This document shows, one piece after another, positions 13,150 to 25,749 of a stretch of 57,064 nucleotides of DNA. The notes under the pieces were generated by a model. The model searched no databases. It worked only from the letters and a program-made list of their open reading frames with translations, and was not told where the DNA came from. The stretch lies in the NCBI GenBank assembly GCA_000388065.2, contig KB932203.1; one strand, given 5' to 3'. Within the stretch, counting starts at the first letter, position 1; the number at the start of each line of letters is the position of its first letter. Made by a program: the position numbers and the translations under genes. The DNA comes from Fonticula alba ATCC 38817. Its lineage: Eukaryota; Protista; Nucleariida.

Positions 13150-13410
13150 GAACCCTCAGACGGTGACCTTCGCTTGACACGAGGCCGGGATTTTTCCGCT
13201 CCCACCTGGTGCCCCGGCCGGAACGGTGGAGGCGCATTCCAGCCCCGCCCCTCCCTCCCTTTGCCAGCCTCATCTCTACCTGCCCCGTGCCTTGGCATTT
13301 CCCTGCCCCCACCCCTCCCTCCCTATCTCTCTCTCTCTCTCTCTCCCCTCCCCCTCTCCCTCCTCCCCCCACCGTCGCCCGTGTCTCTGGCCCCACCCCC
13401 ACCTAGCTCG

Positions 13411-16400
13411 ATGCTGGCACTCCTTCGCCCGCGGTTGTCCCGACTAGCGGGCACGTCCGGCCGATCAGCGACCGCAACCGTGGTCGCCCGGCTCAGCTCC
13501 ACCGACAGCAGTGTCTCACATGTGACGGATCCCCCCCAGCCATCGACCGCAGGGCTCCCCGCGCATGCATCTTCATCCTCGCAGGACTATGCCCTTAGTA
13601 GCCTGTGCTGTCCGCAGCCCCATTTCTTCCTGGACCATGTTCGCTTTGAAGGACACACGCACTTCCACGACTTGCACGAGGACACCCGGCCACCAATCCT
13701 GCCGCATCTGGAACACCACCGGAGCAGCATCCACATCGGGGAGTTTCGCTCGCTGACCCATCTTTCGGTCGACTCCCTCGAGGCCATCTACCAAGACGCG
13801 GATCGGAATCTCGAACACATATGCTCCGCCGTGGAGCAGCCTTTCGTCCAGCCGACCTCCGTGTTGCGATTTACTTTCGACTCAACAGTCCCAAGTGCGC
13901 ACATCTTGTCCCATTGGGGAGCGGTGGCTGCCGGCGCCGGTCTTCGGGCCCGTTGCTGGCGCCGCCTTTTTGCTGCTCTTCCCTTGTCCCGGCCATTTGC
14001 CGTGTCCTGGGGAGCGGACGATTGCTGATGCCCCTTTTCCTCCCCCCCTCCCCCCCCTCCCTCCCCTCCATCCTGGCTTGCCCCGCAGCCTCATGGCAAT
14101 TTAGCAACCTATCAGCCAAGCTGCTCCAGTCGCCGACACCGATCAGCGAGCTCCACCTTTCATCGGCCGGTGCGTGTGCTTGGCTCCGGTCCCCCGCCCC
14201 TCCCCTCGTGGCACCCTGTCGAACCACTTGTCCTGGGATGTGTGCCCCTGCTAACTGTGTCCCCCGTCAAGGTAGGAAGTCCCCTTCGTTGCGACCTCTT
14301 GTCCGGCTCCATCTGGCACGCCATCGCGACACGGCACTTTATGTCTCTGGAGCGCGTGACCATCGACAGTACGGCCCTCTTCTCTCGGCCAGTCAGCCAG
14401 CCGAAGCCCGCCATCCACCATCAATGCCCATGATGCCTGTCTTTCCGTGGCGCCTGACCTGCCTGTCCCCTTGAAGATATCTCCGTCACCAAACAGACCC
14501 TCCGGCGGCTGTCCACGCTCCCTCGCTTGGCCCATCTTCACTTTTCCAGTACGATGATAGACGACACATCGGGGTTCCTTCCCTCTCGAATGTCCATGCA
14601 TAGCCTTCCCCCCTGTCGCATCTCTGACGCACTTGCCTCCGCTCTTCCGTCGGGCTCCGCGTGCATTGCGGCTGCCAGATTGCCAAGGATCCTCCGACGC
14701 TTTGTTTGTCATGTTTGATCACAACCGCGAGTACGGCGACCCCTCAATGGCTAGGAACGCGCAGCTCCCCATTTATTTGAGGCAATTTGGCGCTCTGAAG
14801 AGCCTCGTCATCGATGTCAGTGCGTAGCCCCTGTCTCTCTCTCTCTCCCCCCCCCCCTCCCCCTTCACTCGCTTCCCCTGCATCTCCTGTGCTTCTCTCT
14901 GTGCCCATGTGCTTCTTCCTCTGTGCGATTCGAGCTGCAGGTCTATCGGAGCAAGCATAGAGCTGTCCCTCCTCTCCCTCCCTCCCCCCCCCCCACCTCG
15001 CTTTTGTGTGTGCGCGTGTCTGTCTCTGGCGTGCCCGACAAAGAGACACAGCGCATGCGCCAGAGGCAAGGTGTCAGAGCAGAGCGTCGGGGGGAAGGGG
15101 GACAAACTTTCGCCCAGCGTTCCCTCACATGCTGACTGCCCCCGAAGCCGGGCTGCCACAAAACTCCAAGTCCCGGAAAGCCGGTCTGTCTTCGCTGGTC
15201 TCCCTGCTGGAGTGGTGCATGTATGACCCCCTGCTTCATCCGACCTCGCGCAAGGCTTTCCTCACGGACCTCCCGCCGCCTGCCCTCTCGACGGTCGTGC
15301 TCAGGGGAATGAACTTCTCTCTGCAACAAATGACCGGGACTGGGAAGCTGCTCGAGGATCAGGTCCGGTCTTACACGTCCCTCCGGCACCTGTCTTTCTC
15401 CCGTACGTGTGGCCCTTGCTCCTTGCCTGTGCCTCCTGCGCGGCACTCCTGCCGGGAGGGCGGGAGCACGAGAAAGATCCCCACAGGCCGCCATTCCTTC
15501 TGACACCCTCTCCTCCATCATGTCCCCCCTCTCCCACTTGCCTCGCCCGGCAGAGTCCCGCATCATCAATGGGTCTGAGATTTTTTCACAAATCCTGAAC
15601 TCCGTCTTGCCGATGCTGCACCTGGTCGAGCTCCCCGAGCGCGAGTCGTACTCCCTGCACCGGGCTCTTCACAACATGCGGGACTCCCTTTCAGCCCCCC
15701 ACTTCTTGGTTGTGCCGCAATCCAGCATCATCGGCAAACCGGCGGTTATCAGGGCCATCAACAGCATTCTCACCGCGAAGTTTCTCCACCATACGTCCCT
15801 GCGAAACATCCTGGTCCTGGGTGACCAGTCTGATTTGGTGGAGTGGCAATCGAGCCTCATCAAGACATGGCAGCGCATTCCGGACGCCAACCGCCCGGAG
15901 TATCTCCAACATCTGCCGGCCCATCCGGTGGTCGGGTCCGCCGCGCAGGCGGTTCACTTCCTGCCCGGCGCGGCGTCGCCGCTTCCCTGGTCCCTAAGCT
16001 GCTTCGCACAGCATGGCCCCGTCACCGAAGACACCACCGCGGCACCAGCCGACCAAACTGCGAGCTTTCACTTTGCCGGGCCGCTGGAGCAAACCGTCAA
16101 CCAGCACCTGCTGGCTGGCCGGCGAACGGCCGGCTTCTTCGCCGGGCTCCTGGCTCCCCTGGTCTCCAAGGCCATTGTGGATCGGAAGTTCTTGGAGCTT
16201 CAGCCCGGCGAGAAGCCGCCTCCTCCGGCGACCATTCAGACGCAATGGGACCACTACCAGGAGGTCCAGAGCGCGAACCTGTACCTGGCCTGGTATTCGG
16301 CGAGTCGCGACCATCAGAACTCCTCGCACCCGGAGAAGGATCTTTCCCATGGCCCGTCCATCAATGGCCTACATGCTGGGCCCCTCTCCGCGGAGCATGT

Positions 16401-17286
16401 GGCCCTGGTGCAGGACGCCCTGCTGGCCAACCAGGCGGCGGCCTTTGTCACCCAGCGGGGCATCAAGCGCCTGACCGTGGACCAATTCAATTTGCTGGTG
16501 CGCTTCATGCTGCCGGATTTGGCCCCGCTGGCTCGGAGTTCCGGGGCGGTCTCCTGCAGCGCCGGCGACCGGGCTGCCGGTGATGCCGTGGCCAATGATG
16601 GTGGCGATGCTGGTCTTCCTGCTGAGGCTCCGTCGCCGGATGTTGCCACGTCTGTGCTGCGCCTGAGGACCGACTACAGCCTGTCGAATTTGCTGCACCG
16701 CATCTCGGCGCTGGAGATCTTGGTCGATGGAAATGGCCAGCCAGCCCGCATGGATCATGTCCTGGAGCTGGTCATCCGCCTGCGCCTGCTGGCTGCCCCG
16801 GGCACCACGCCGCCGGACTCCACCTCCTTCATCCACTGGACCCAGCACCAGGTGCATGCGTGGTTGCACCTGCTCCCGGCGGAGCTGACCGAGCCGCTGA
16901 TGGTGCAGGGGGTGCTCAACGAGCACATTACCCCGAAGAATGGCATGCAGCTGCTGGCTCTCGCCAATGCCATCCATCACATCTCCGGTGAGAAGTTGTT
17001 CCTAAGGGGCCTGCCCTCGACGAGCTCCAGGTGTGGCCCCTACCCGCAGGCCCTGTCCACCCTGCTCGGGCTCTCTGTCAGCCATGAAGGAGCCATCAGT
17101 GTCGAGGGGGACCCCGAGAACCTCAGCCATACGGGCATCTCGTCGGCTGTGCTGTCGCTGCTCAATGCGAATGCCACCAGCCCGATATACTCGGTGCCCT
17201 CGTGGGTTTCGTCCTTGGACCTGAACAAGCCGCTGGCCACGCTGATCTATTCTCCACTACCGGCCCCGCCCACCACCTCGAGCTAA
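13411..17286 (+). CDS. Hypothetical multi-exon protein with mitochondrial presequence-like N-terminus and degenerate leucine-rich-repeat-like motifs
   Basis: The start MLALLRPRLSRLAGTSGRS...ARL/SS is Arg-rich and acid-free. Approximate exons: 13411-13894, 14089-14169, 14275-14368, 14477 to ~14590, ~14690-14818, ~15150-15405 and ~15550-17286. Recurrent LxxLxL-type segments: FRSLTHLSVDS, FMSLERVTID, LPRLAHLHFSSTMIDD, FGALKSLVIDV, YTSLRHLSFS. Internal boundaries are partly uncertain. Confidence 0.6.
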
Positions 17287-19839
17287 AAATCCGGTTGGCG
17301 GCGGCGGCGGCGGCGGCGGCGGGGTGATGTGCCGGCATTTTGCTCCTCCCCGTTGGCGTTGGCCGCCCCGCCCCGCCCCGCCCCCTCCCCTCCTTGATGT
17401 ACATCGCGGCCCTGTGCCCCTCTCTGGCCGGAGGGGGGTGAGGGGGGCACACGCGCGCACCCATAGAGCGCGCGCACGCGCGCGTGCGCATTCTCTCCCA
17501 CACCCCCGCGCCCTTTGCCCCGGCCTACCTCGGCGGCGGGGGGGGGGGGGGCCCTTGGGCAGAGAAAATACCTTTCACAATACCCCCCGGAGCTGTGGTC
17601 AGCTCACCCTCCCATCCATATACACACACGCACACGCACACGCACGGAATACGTGGGGTCCGCACGGCAGGGCGCTGGCAGGGCGGGGGGGGGAGGGGAT
17701 CTGCCGAGCCGGGGGAGGGCGGGCCACTGACCGCGGGACGCCCTCCCGTCCGTTGGGTCCTGGGCGAGTCCTCACATTTTCGCCTTCCCGGCATCTCGTC
17801 CCCTCGATGCCCCGGCGGGGCGTCTCCGCTGGCAGCCGGCCAGCCCCAGCACCACGTTGGCCCAAATGCCCCCAGCTGGGGACGTGCGTTTGACTGGGGC
17901 TCGGGGAGAATGGGCGGGGCACAGACGAGACAGGGCCCGCAGAAAGGACGGAGCAGGGAAAGGGGGGGAGGGGGCGGCGGAGGACGGGCATACGCGTGTG
18001 CTTACGTGCACCGGGCGCCAACCTGGCGACGCGACGCCACGTCCGAAAGTCCGGGGGGGGGGGGGAGGTCGCGCGGCGGCCCGGCGCAGGCCCCAGGTGT
18101 CTGTGCAAGCGGAAACCGGTCCGCCTGGGTCCCCTGGTGGCGCGGGTCGCAGCGGCCGGAATGGCGGCCGGACCTAAATACGTGTTGATATTGCGTCAAC
18201 CGGGCTGGGGCCCCCATCTGCACTGTTCCTGGGGGCAAGCCTCAAACGCGTCTCCCGGGTGCAGTGAACGGGGGGCAGGGGGGCAGGGGGGGGGGGGACC
18301 GGGGAACATGCAGGCCCAAGCAAATGCAGGCGCCCGCGTGCGCGTTCCTCCCCCCGCCCCGCGCTAACGGCCCAGATGCGCTCCTCCATTTCCTAGCCCA
18401 ACTCCCGGCCGATCAGGGGGGGGGGCCAAAGGCATATTGTGGCCGACCGACCAGCTTACGGCAGACAGCGGCGCACATCTCGCCAGCCTGTCGCCAGGCC
18501 TCGGCAGGGGGGGGGGGATACGGCCGGACGGCGCCGGGCGGGGGCACGCGCACGCATGGCGGCGCCCGCCTGTGGCGCGCGGCCCGGTGTGACGCGCCGA
18601 AGCCCGCCCCCCCACCCCCCCCCGGGTTGCGGGGGCCTGGGAAAAAAGAAAGGGCCATGCGGCCCCTGTGCGCAGCAGGCTGCGTGGACCGCCGTCCCTG
18701 CCCAAAAAGAAAACCCGGCGGGTGCCCGGCGCCCGGGACATGTGTCTCCCTCTGTCCAGGGCCGCGATGTAGGCGAGCACATTGCCTGCGGCCGTTTGAC
18801 GGTTGCTCTATTGTCACCAATGTCCGTGGCCGGGCTTCCAGAGGGGGCGGGGCGAGTCTCGGATGTGGCGAGCAAAAGGCGTCAATAAAATAGTCTGAAG
18901 GCACTTCCCCTCCGGCCTCACCGGGCCGCGGGGGGGGGGGGGGGGAACGGTGGGCAAAAATGTCCCGCCCCCGCACTCCAACATTGCCCCCCCCCCCCTG
19001 CAGCTTCGGGAGCACGCGGCGCTTGCTCCACGCCCGGGGGCGGCGCTCCCCGGCGCCCTCTCCCCCCCCCCCACAGGCGGTTAAGGCGCCGCCGAACGCA
19101 CTCGCGCGCCAACACGGACGCGCGTCGCCTGTGCGCGGGGACTCCCCCGGCGGCGCTTTCGGCCGCCCGTAGGGGGTGCTCCCATATGATTTTGCCGGAG
19201 CGGTGTTGCCCTGATCCGCCCCGCCGGGTGGATTACCAAAGCTAGCCCCCTTCCGCGCGGGGGGGGGGGGGGGGGCGCGGAGCGGCGTGCAACAGGACAC
19301 ACACCGGCGCGTGCGCGGGCAGCCGCGCCAGTGTGCGCTTATTTTCGCACCGTGCTCCAGCCCGGGGTGACGGAGCGCACCCGAGGGGGCGGGGGTGGCG
19401 GGTGGGGGGGGGGAGCCTGGGCGGACGAGGGCCCAGGAGCCGGAGAGAGTCGGGTGGTGCCGGCCGGCCGGCATGGGCGCTCCCCATCTCCGCCGGCCGG
19501 GCCCTCGCCCCCCCCCGCCCAGAGGTATATGCCCATACCAGTGTCGCGGAAGCGACCGCAAGTGTCAGCATCAGCCTCCGGAGAGAGCCCCTTCAACTGC
19601 ATTTCCCCCAATCTCCCCCCTTCCCCCTGTCCGCCCGCCCGCCTGCCCGGGGCTCTTCTGCGTTTCCCCCCCCGCGTCCGTTCTCGTTCCCAGACAGTTG
19701 TCACTTCTCCCCCCCCCCCTGCCCTCCCTCCTGGCCGAGAGCAAGTGGACCCCTCGCGGCCCCTCCCCGCCGCCATCGTCGTCGCCACACGCACACATAC
19801 ACCTACCTGCCCGCCCCCCCCCCCCCCACGCGCGCGCAA

Positions 19840-21544
19840 ATGACCACCGAGCCCGGCCCCCCTCCCGCCCCGGCGGAGGGCCACCCCTCGCCCCCCGCGC
19901 CGGCCCCCACCAAGGGTGACACCAGCCCCAGCAGCCCCGGCTCGCCGGACACCTCGGACGCGGCCTCCTCGCCGGACACCACCCCGCCGATGGCCGGCGG
20001 GGCCGAGGCCCCCGGCACCGAGTCCAAGCCCCAGGCCGACCCGGAGGCCGGCGACGCGCCGAACGCCGCCAACTACGGCGATGACATCCCCCGGGGCTAT
20101 GTCAATGCCCGCGGCGAGACCCCCTTCAACACGCGGAACTGGCTGTCCAAGATGATCTTCCTCTACGTGCAGCCGGTGATCATGATCGGCCGCAAGCGGC
20201 CTCTGGACTTCGGCGACCTCTTCGAGCTGCCGGCCGCCGCGCAGGCCGAGCACCTGGCCGACTCGCTGGAAACCCTGTGGGCCGAGGAGCAGCGCCGGCA
20301 CCCGGATCGGCCGCTGCTGATCCGGCCGCTGGTCCGGCACTTCCTGCCGCGCATGCTGCTCGGGTCGCTCTTCCTGGCCATCGAAATCACCTTCAAGATC
20401 GCGCAGGCCATCTTCCTCCGGTACCTGATCCTGTCCATCGGCAGCCCGGCCTACACCACCACCGACATCTACCTCTTCGCCCTGGGTGTGGTGCTCAGTG
20501 CCCTGGTTTTCGCCATCATCCACCACCACTACTTCTTCACGGTGCAGCGCGTTGGCGTGCAGGCCAAGTCGGCCCTCATCACCCTGGTTTATCGGAAGTC
20601 CCTGCGTTTGGCCCCGTCGGCCTCCTCCTCCGGGCAGGTGGTCAACCTGATCTCCAATGACGCCCAGCGCCTCGAGGATGCCGGGCCCTTCTTCCTGTTC
20701 GGCTGGGGCGCCCCGGTCGAGGCGCTGGCCGTGCTGATTGTCCTCTGGCTGGAAATCGGCCCGTCGGTGCTCATCGGCTATGCCATCCTGCTGAGTCTGC
20801 TCCCGCTGCAGGCCTGGTTCGCGCGGCTCTTCACCGGCATCCGCCGTGGCCTGGTGGCCGCTCGTGACAACCGTGTCCGCGCTGTCGGCGACTCGCTCGA
20901 GGGCGTGTCCATCCTCAAGCTCCTGGGCTGGGAGGGCCCCTTCGCCGATCGCATCAAGATCCTCCGGCGCCTGGAGCTTTCCTGGCTGTGGAAGTCCTCG
21001 GCCATTCGGGCCTCCAATGAGGCCATCTTCTTCGTGGCCCCGGTCCTCATCAGTGTTTGCACTTTCATCCCCTACGTGTACATCACCGGGTCCCCGGCGC
21101 TCGGGGCCGATGTGGTCTTCCCCACCATTGCCCTGTACAATGTCGTGCGCTTGTCCATGACCAACTTCTTCCCGAAGGCCGTCGAGGGTGTGGCCGACTC
21201 GCTGTGCGTACCAGGCAGCCGCTTCCTCGCCCCTGCTGTGCCTTCCCTTTCCCCTTCCCCTGATGGGGCGCTTCCCCCTGGTGCCGTCCTCCACCGGGGG
21301 AGTTTCCTCCGGGACTGACATCATTCCTCTCTCTCCCTCTCCCTCCCTCCCTCCCTCTCTCTCTCTCCCTCCACGCGCGCGCCCTTTCAGCGTCTCGGTC
21401 CGCCGTATCCAGACCTTCCTCGAGTTGGAGGAGATGCCCAGCGTGAAGCCGGCCGACATGGCCGCCGGCGAGATGGTGCGTCCCCGGACCCCCCCCCCCC
21501 CTCCTTGATCCATGCCTCTGCTCGATCCATGCCCCTGACACTCG

Positions 21545-21578
<34 letters not shown>

Positions 21579-24500
21579 CCCTCCCCGATGCACTTGCGTG
21601 TACCGTCCACTCCCAGGGCGCCTCGGAGGATGGCCCCGCGGCCGTGTTCGAGAATGCCTCCTTCGCATGGCCCCTGCCACCGGCCGAGCTGCTGGCTGCC
21701 TCGAAGAAGGGCAGCGAGGAGGCCGCCGCCAGGGAGGCCGCCGCCACCGCCAACGAAGCCAATGGCGACGCCGGTGACAGCCCGGTGTCCATCCCCATGA
21801 ACATCATTGTCCCCTCGGGCGAGGACTCCAGCGGCCGACTGGCGCTCTGCCTGTCGGATATCTCCTTCACCCTGCCCCGGCGGCACTTGATGAGTGTCAT
21901 CGGCCCGGTGGGCAGTGGCAAGTCCTCCCTGTGCATGGCCCTTCTGGGAGAGATTGCCCGGCTGAACGGGTCGGTCTCCAGCCTCCAGCGCATGGCCTAC
22001 TCGGCGCAAACCCCCTGGATTTTGTCGGACACCATCCGCGGGAACATCACCTTCGGGCAGCCCTACTGCGCGGAGAAGTTCGCCCGGGTGGTGGATGCCG
22101 CGTGCCTCGGGCCGGACCTGGCCCGCTGGCCGAGCGGCGCCAATACCGTGGTCAGCGAGCGCGGCTCGACCCTGAGTGGCGGCCAGCGCGCTCGCATCAG
22201 CCTGGCCCGTGCTCTCTACTTCGACGCGGACATCTATGTCCTGGATGACCCGCTGTCGGCGGTGGATGCGCGCGTTGGCCGGCGCATGTTCGAGCGTGCC
22301 ATCCAGGGCTACCTCAAGGACAAGGCCGTGGTCCTGGTGACGCATCAGTTGCAATTCGCCGCCCGGGCGGACTCCATCCTCCTGCTGGAGTCCGGCCGTG
22401 TGGCTGGCCATGGCACCTTCGAAGAGGTGACCGCCCTGAATACCCCCTTCGCGCGGTTCTTCGCCGGGTACATGAGCCAGGTGCATGGCGGCCCGGCGGC
22501 CGGGGCCGGCCCGACGGCCGGAGCCGCCTCCCGCCCGGACGACACCGAATGGGCCACGGCCATCTCCGAGGAGGAGCCCGGCCCGGCCGATCAGAGTGCC
22601 ATCGCCTCCGAGGACCGCGTCGAGGGTGGTGTCACTTTCCACTCGTATGCCGCCTACTACCGGTATGCCGGCGGTTGGCTGGGCATTTGGGTGCTGGTGC
22701 CGCTGCTGTTGCTGCTGGTTCTCGGCCAGGCCGGCATGCTGGCCGCCGATTGGTTCCTCTCCTACTGGACCAATCCCCTGACCGGCGGGGCGTCCTCCCT
22801 GCTGGAGCACTTCCCGGCCATCTTCGGCGGGATTGCCGGCGTGGCGTCGCTCATTTCCTTCACCCGGGCCTGGGCATACTATGGGCTGTCCATTCGAGCC
22901 GGCCGGCGCATCTTCGAGGATATGCTGACCTCGGTGCTCGGTGCGCCATTGAGCTTCTTCACGGCCAACCCCCATGGCCGGGTGTTGAATCGCTTCTCCA
23001 AGGACCAGACCCTGTCGGATGAGATGTTCCCGGTGGTGTCCTTCGACTTCCTGCAGTGCTTTTGCATGGTCATCGGCTGTGTGGTCATGATTGGCATTGT
23101 CATCCCGTGGGTGCTGCTGGCGTTGATCCCGATCACGGTGCTCTTCTGGCTGTTGCGCACGCTCTTTGTCGGGTCTTCGCGTGAAATCAAGCGTCTGGAT
23201 GCCCTGTCCCGGTCGCCGCTGTCCTCGCATCTGTCCATGACCCTGGACGGCCTGGCCACCATTCGGTCCTTCGGCCGGGAGAACTCCTTCACCGAGGTCT
23301 TCCACCGGCGGCAGGATGCCAACATCCGTACGGTTTATGCCTTCCTGTCGACCTCGCGCTGGTTCGCCGTTCGGCTGGATCTGCTGTGTGCGGGGTTCCT
23401 GTGCGTGGCGGCCTTCGCCTCGGCGGCCATTGCCTCCAGTGGTACCCTGGCCCCGAGTCTGGTGGGCTTGGGCCTGTCGTATGTCATGCAGATGATGGGC
23501 CTCTTCCAGTGGTGTGCCCGTCAGTCGGCCGAGGTGGAGAACCTCATGGTGTCGGTCGAGCGCCTGGTCCAGTATACGGCCCTGCCGAGTGAGGCCCCTC
23601 TGCGGGTGGATGCCACCCGGCCGCCGGCCGATTGGCCCACTCGCGGGGAGATCACCCTGCGTGGCATGAGTCTCCGGTATAACCCGGCCGCGGATCCGGT
23701 TCTCCGGGACCTGCATCTGACCATCCCCGGTGGGGCCAAGGTCGGCATTGTCGGTCGCACTGGCGCCGGCAAGTCCTCCATGGCGTTGGCGCTCTTCCGC
23801 ATGGTGGAGCCGACCGCCGGCACGGTGTTCATCGATGGGGTCAGCACCACGGAGCTGGGTCTGCATGATCTGCGCCTGCGATTGGCCATCATTCCCCAGG
23901 AGCCGTTCCTCTTCCGGGGGACCATTCGCTTCAATTTGGACCCCTTCGATGAGCATACTGATGCCGCCATTTGGGAGGCCCTCCGGTCGAGCGAGCTTTT
24001 CACCAGTGTCTCGGAGATGCCGGGCGGCCTGCATGCCCCGGTGGCGGAGAATGGGTCCAACTTCTCGACCGGCGAGCGCCAGCTCCTGTGCCTGGCTCGG
24101 GCGGTTTTGCGCCGGGCTCGGGTCATTGTCCTGGACGAGTGCACGGCCAATGTCGACGCCAATACCGACTCCCTCATCCAGAAGGCCATGCGTCAGTCCT
24201 TCGGCTCGAGCACCGTCATCGCCGTGGCTCATCGTCTGTCCACGGTGGCCGACTACGACTACATCCTGGTCCTGGACCGCGGCCAGATCCTGGAGTTCGG
24301 CCCGCCGCGCAAGCTGCTCGAGGGTGCGTGATTTCCTGCCCCGCCCCCCCCCCCCCGCCTGTGTGCCCCCCTTTTCCTTTGTTTATGTGTGTGTGTCCTC
24401 CCTCCCGCCGGCGCGCCTATGATCTAACGCCACTTCCTGCGCGTGTTCTCCTCTTTTGCCCGTCTCTCTCTCTCTCTCTCCCCCCTCTTGCTCCTTCCTC

Positions 24501-24997
24501 CTGCCGCCCTGGGCGATGTGCCTGCCTGCCTGCTTGCATGTGTGTGTGTGTGTCTTTGTATGTGCACAGATAATGATGGTGCTCTCAGTCGTCTCGTTGA
24601 GGAGACCGGCCCGGCCATGGCCAGCCAGCTGAAGCGTGTCATGCGCGGTGAGATGGACCTTTCGGAGATGGATGTCTCGCTGGATGAGTCGCAGAAGAAG
24701 GATGCCGGCACCGTGATTTCTGCCGAGACCGCGGCGCTCGCAGCTGTGACTGCGTCGGCCACCGCGGCCGCGTTGTCGACTCCGGGCATTGATGCCAGCT
24801 TGACTGCCGAGTTGGTTGAGTCCAGCGAGGAGGAGAAGCAGGCTGAGGTTGATGCTGAGCCTGAGACTGATGGTGACGCCGGTGCTGAGGCTGAGGCTGA
24901 GGCTGAGGCTGAGGCTGAGGCTGAGGCTGAGGCTGAGGCTGAGGCTGAGGTTGAGGCTGAGGTTGAGGTTGAGCCTGAGCCTGAACCTGAGCCTGAA

Positions 24998-25047
<50 letters not shown>

Positions 25048-25255
25048 TGAGCCCGAGCCCGAGCCTGATACTGAGCCCGAGCCTGAGCCCGAGCCTGAGC
25101 CTGAGCCTGAGTCTGAGCCCGAGCCCGAGCCTGAATCCAGCTCCAACACCGAGTCCAGCTCCGAGTCCAGTTCCGAGTCCGGCACTGAGTCTGACACCGA
25201 CTCCGACTCCGACTCATATTCCAGCTCGGACTCCGGCACCGAGAGCGACGACTGA
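19840..25255 (+). CDS. ABC transporter subfamily C (MRP4/ABCC4-like, no TMD0) with long acidic C-terminal tail
   Basis: Exons 19840-21203, 21391-21475, 21617-24323, 24570-25255 (TGA). Architecture TMD1-NBD1-TMD2-NBD2. NBD1: [27 protein letters not shown]2: [23 protein letters not shown]. Also the Lasso-like N-terminus [22 protein letters not shown] and [17 protein letters not shown]. Confidence 0.95.
24884..25135 (+). repeat. Coding hexamer repeats (GCTGAG)n then (CCYGAR)n encoding (AE)n and (PE)n
   Basis: Seen directly in the last exon of the ABCC gene. Confidence 0.9.
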
Positions 25256-25749
25256 TCTCCACCCCAACCTTCAATGCTGGTCCCCGCCGCTGGGCGTAGA
25301 TAGCCAGCAAGGGGACATTGCATCGCACCCCCCCCCCCCCCCCCCCCCCTTAGACACCTTGTGTAACTCCCTACCCCAAACAATAGATTTATCCTTTGCT
25401 GCCTCTAAACAGATTGTACCTCGCGCTGAGATCTACTGTATCAGAACAAGATCGCCGATCATGCCGCAGATCCCGGTGCATCGGCCCTGGTTGTGTGCGT
25501 GTGCATGTGCGTGTATGCGTGCATGTGTCTGTCCACCCTCATCTGCCGCCTAAACAGCCACCCGGCTTGGAAGATCCCACAACATGTGTTTCCTTACATC
25601 CTGCTGTTGTCGCCCGCATACCCCCCCCCCCACTTTCTCTGCCTTCGCCTCCCTCCTCGTCTGCGTGTCTGCACACATACACACACACACACTCCTGTTC
25701 CCGGTCCTCTTCTTCTGTCTCTCTCTCTCTCTCTCTCTTTCTTCCCCAC

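Noticed and set aside
13150-13260. GC-rich segment that might fold like a tRNA or other structured RNA
   Set aside because: There is no T-loop GTTCRA, no D-loop consensus and no acceptor-stem pairing. I found no tRNA or rRNA signature anywhere in the window.
19339-24232. Very long minus-strand ORFs (884 aa and 1049 aa) opposite the ABC transporter; similar ORFs at 4072-6108, 26373-28706 and 34118-36940
   Set aside because: These are antisense shadows of GC3-biased coding sequence, which lacks stops on the reverse strand. They show no motifs and run through introns of the real gene.
24424-25553. ORFs encoding (GS)n/(SA)n, (RA)n/(QP)n and (RL)n/(SP)n repeats
   Set aside because: They are alternative-frame readings of the same (AE)n/(PE)n hexamer repeat. 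Only the frame continuing the ABC transporter has splice support.
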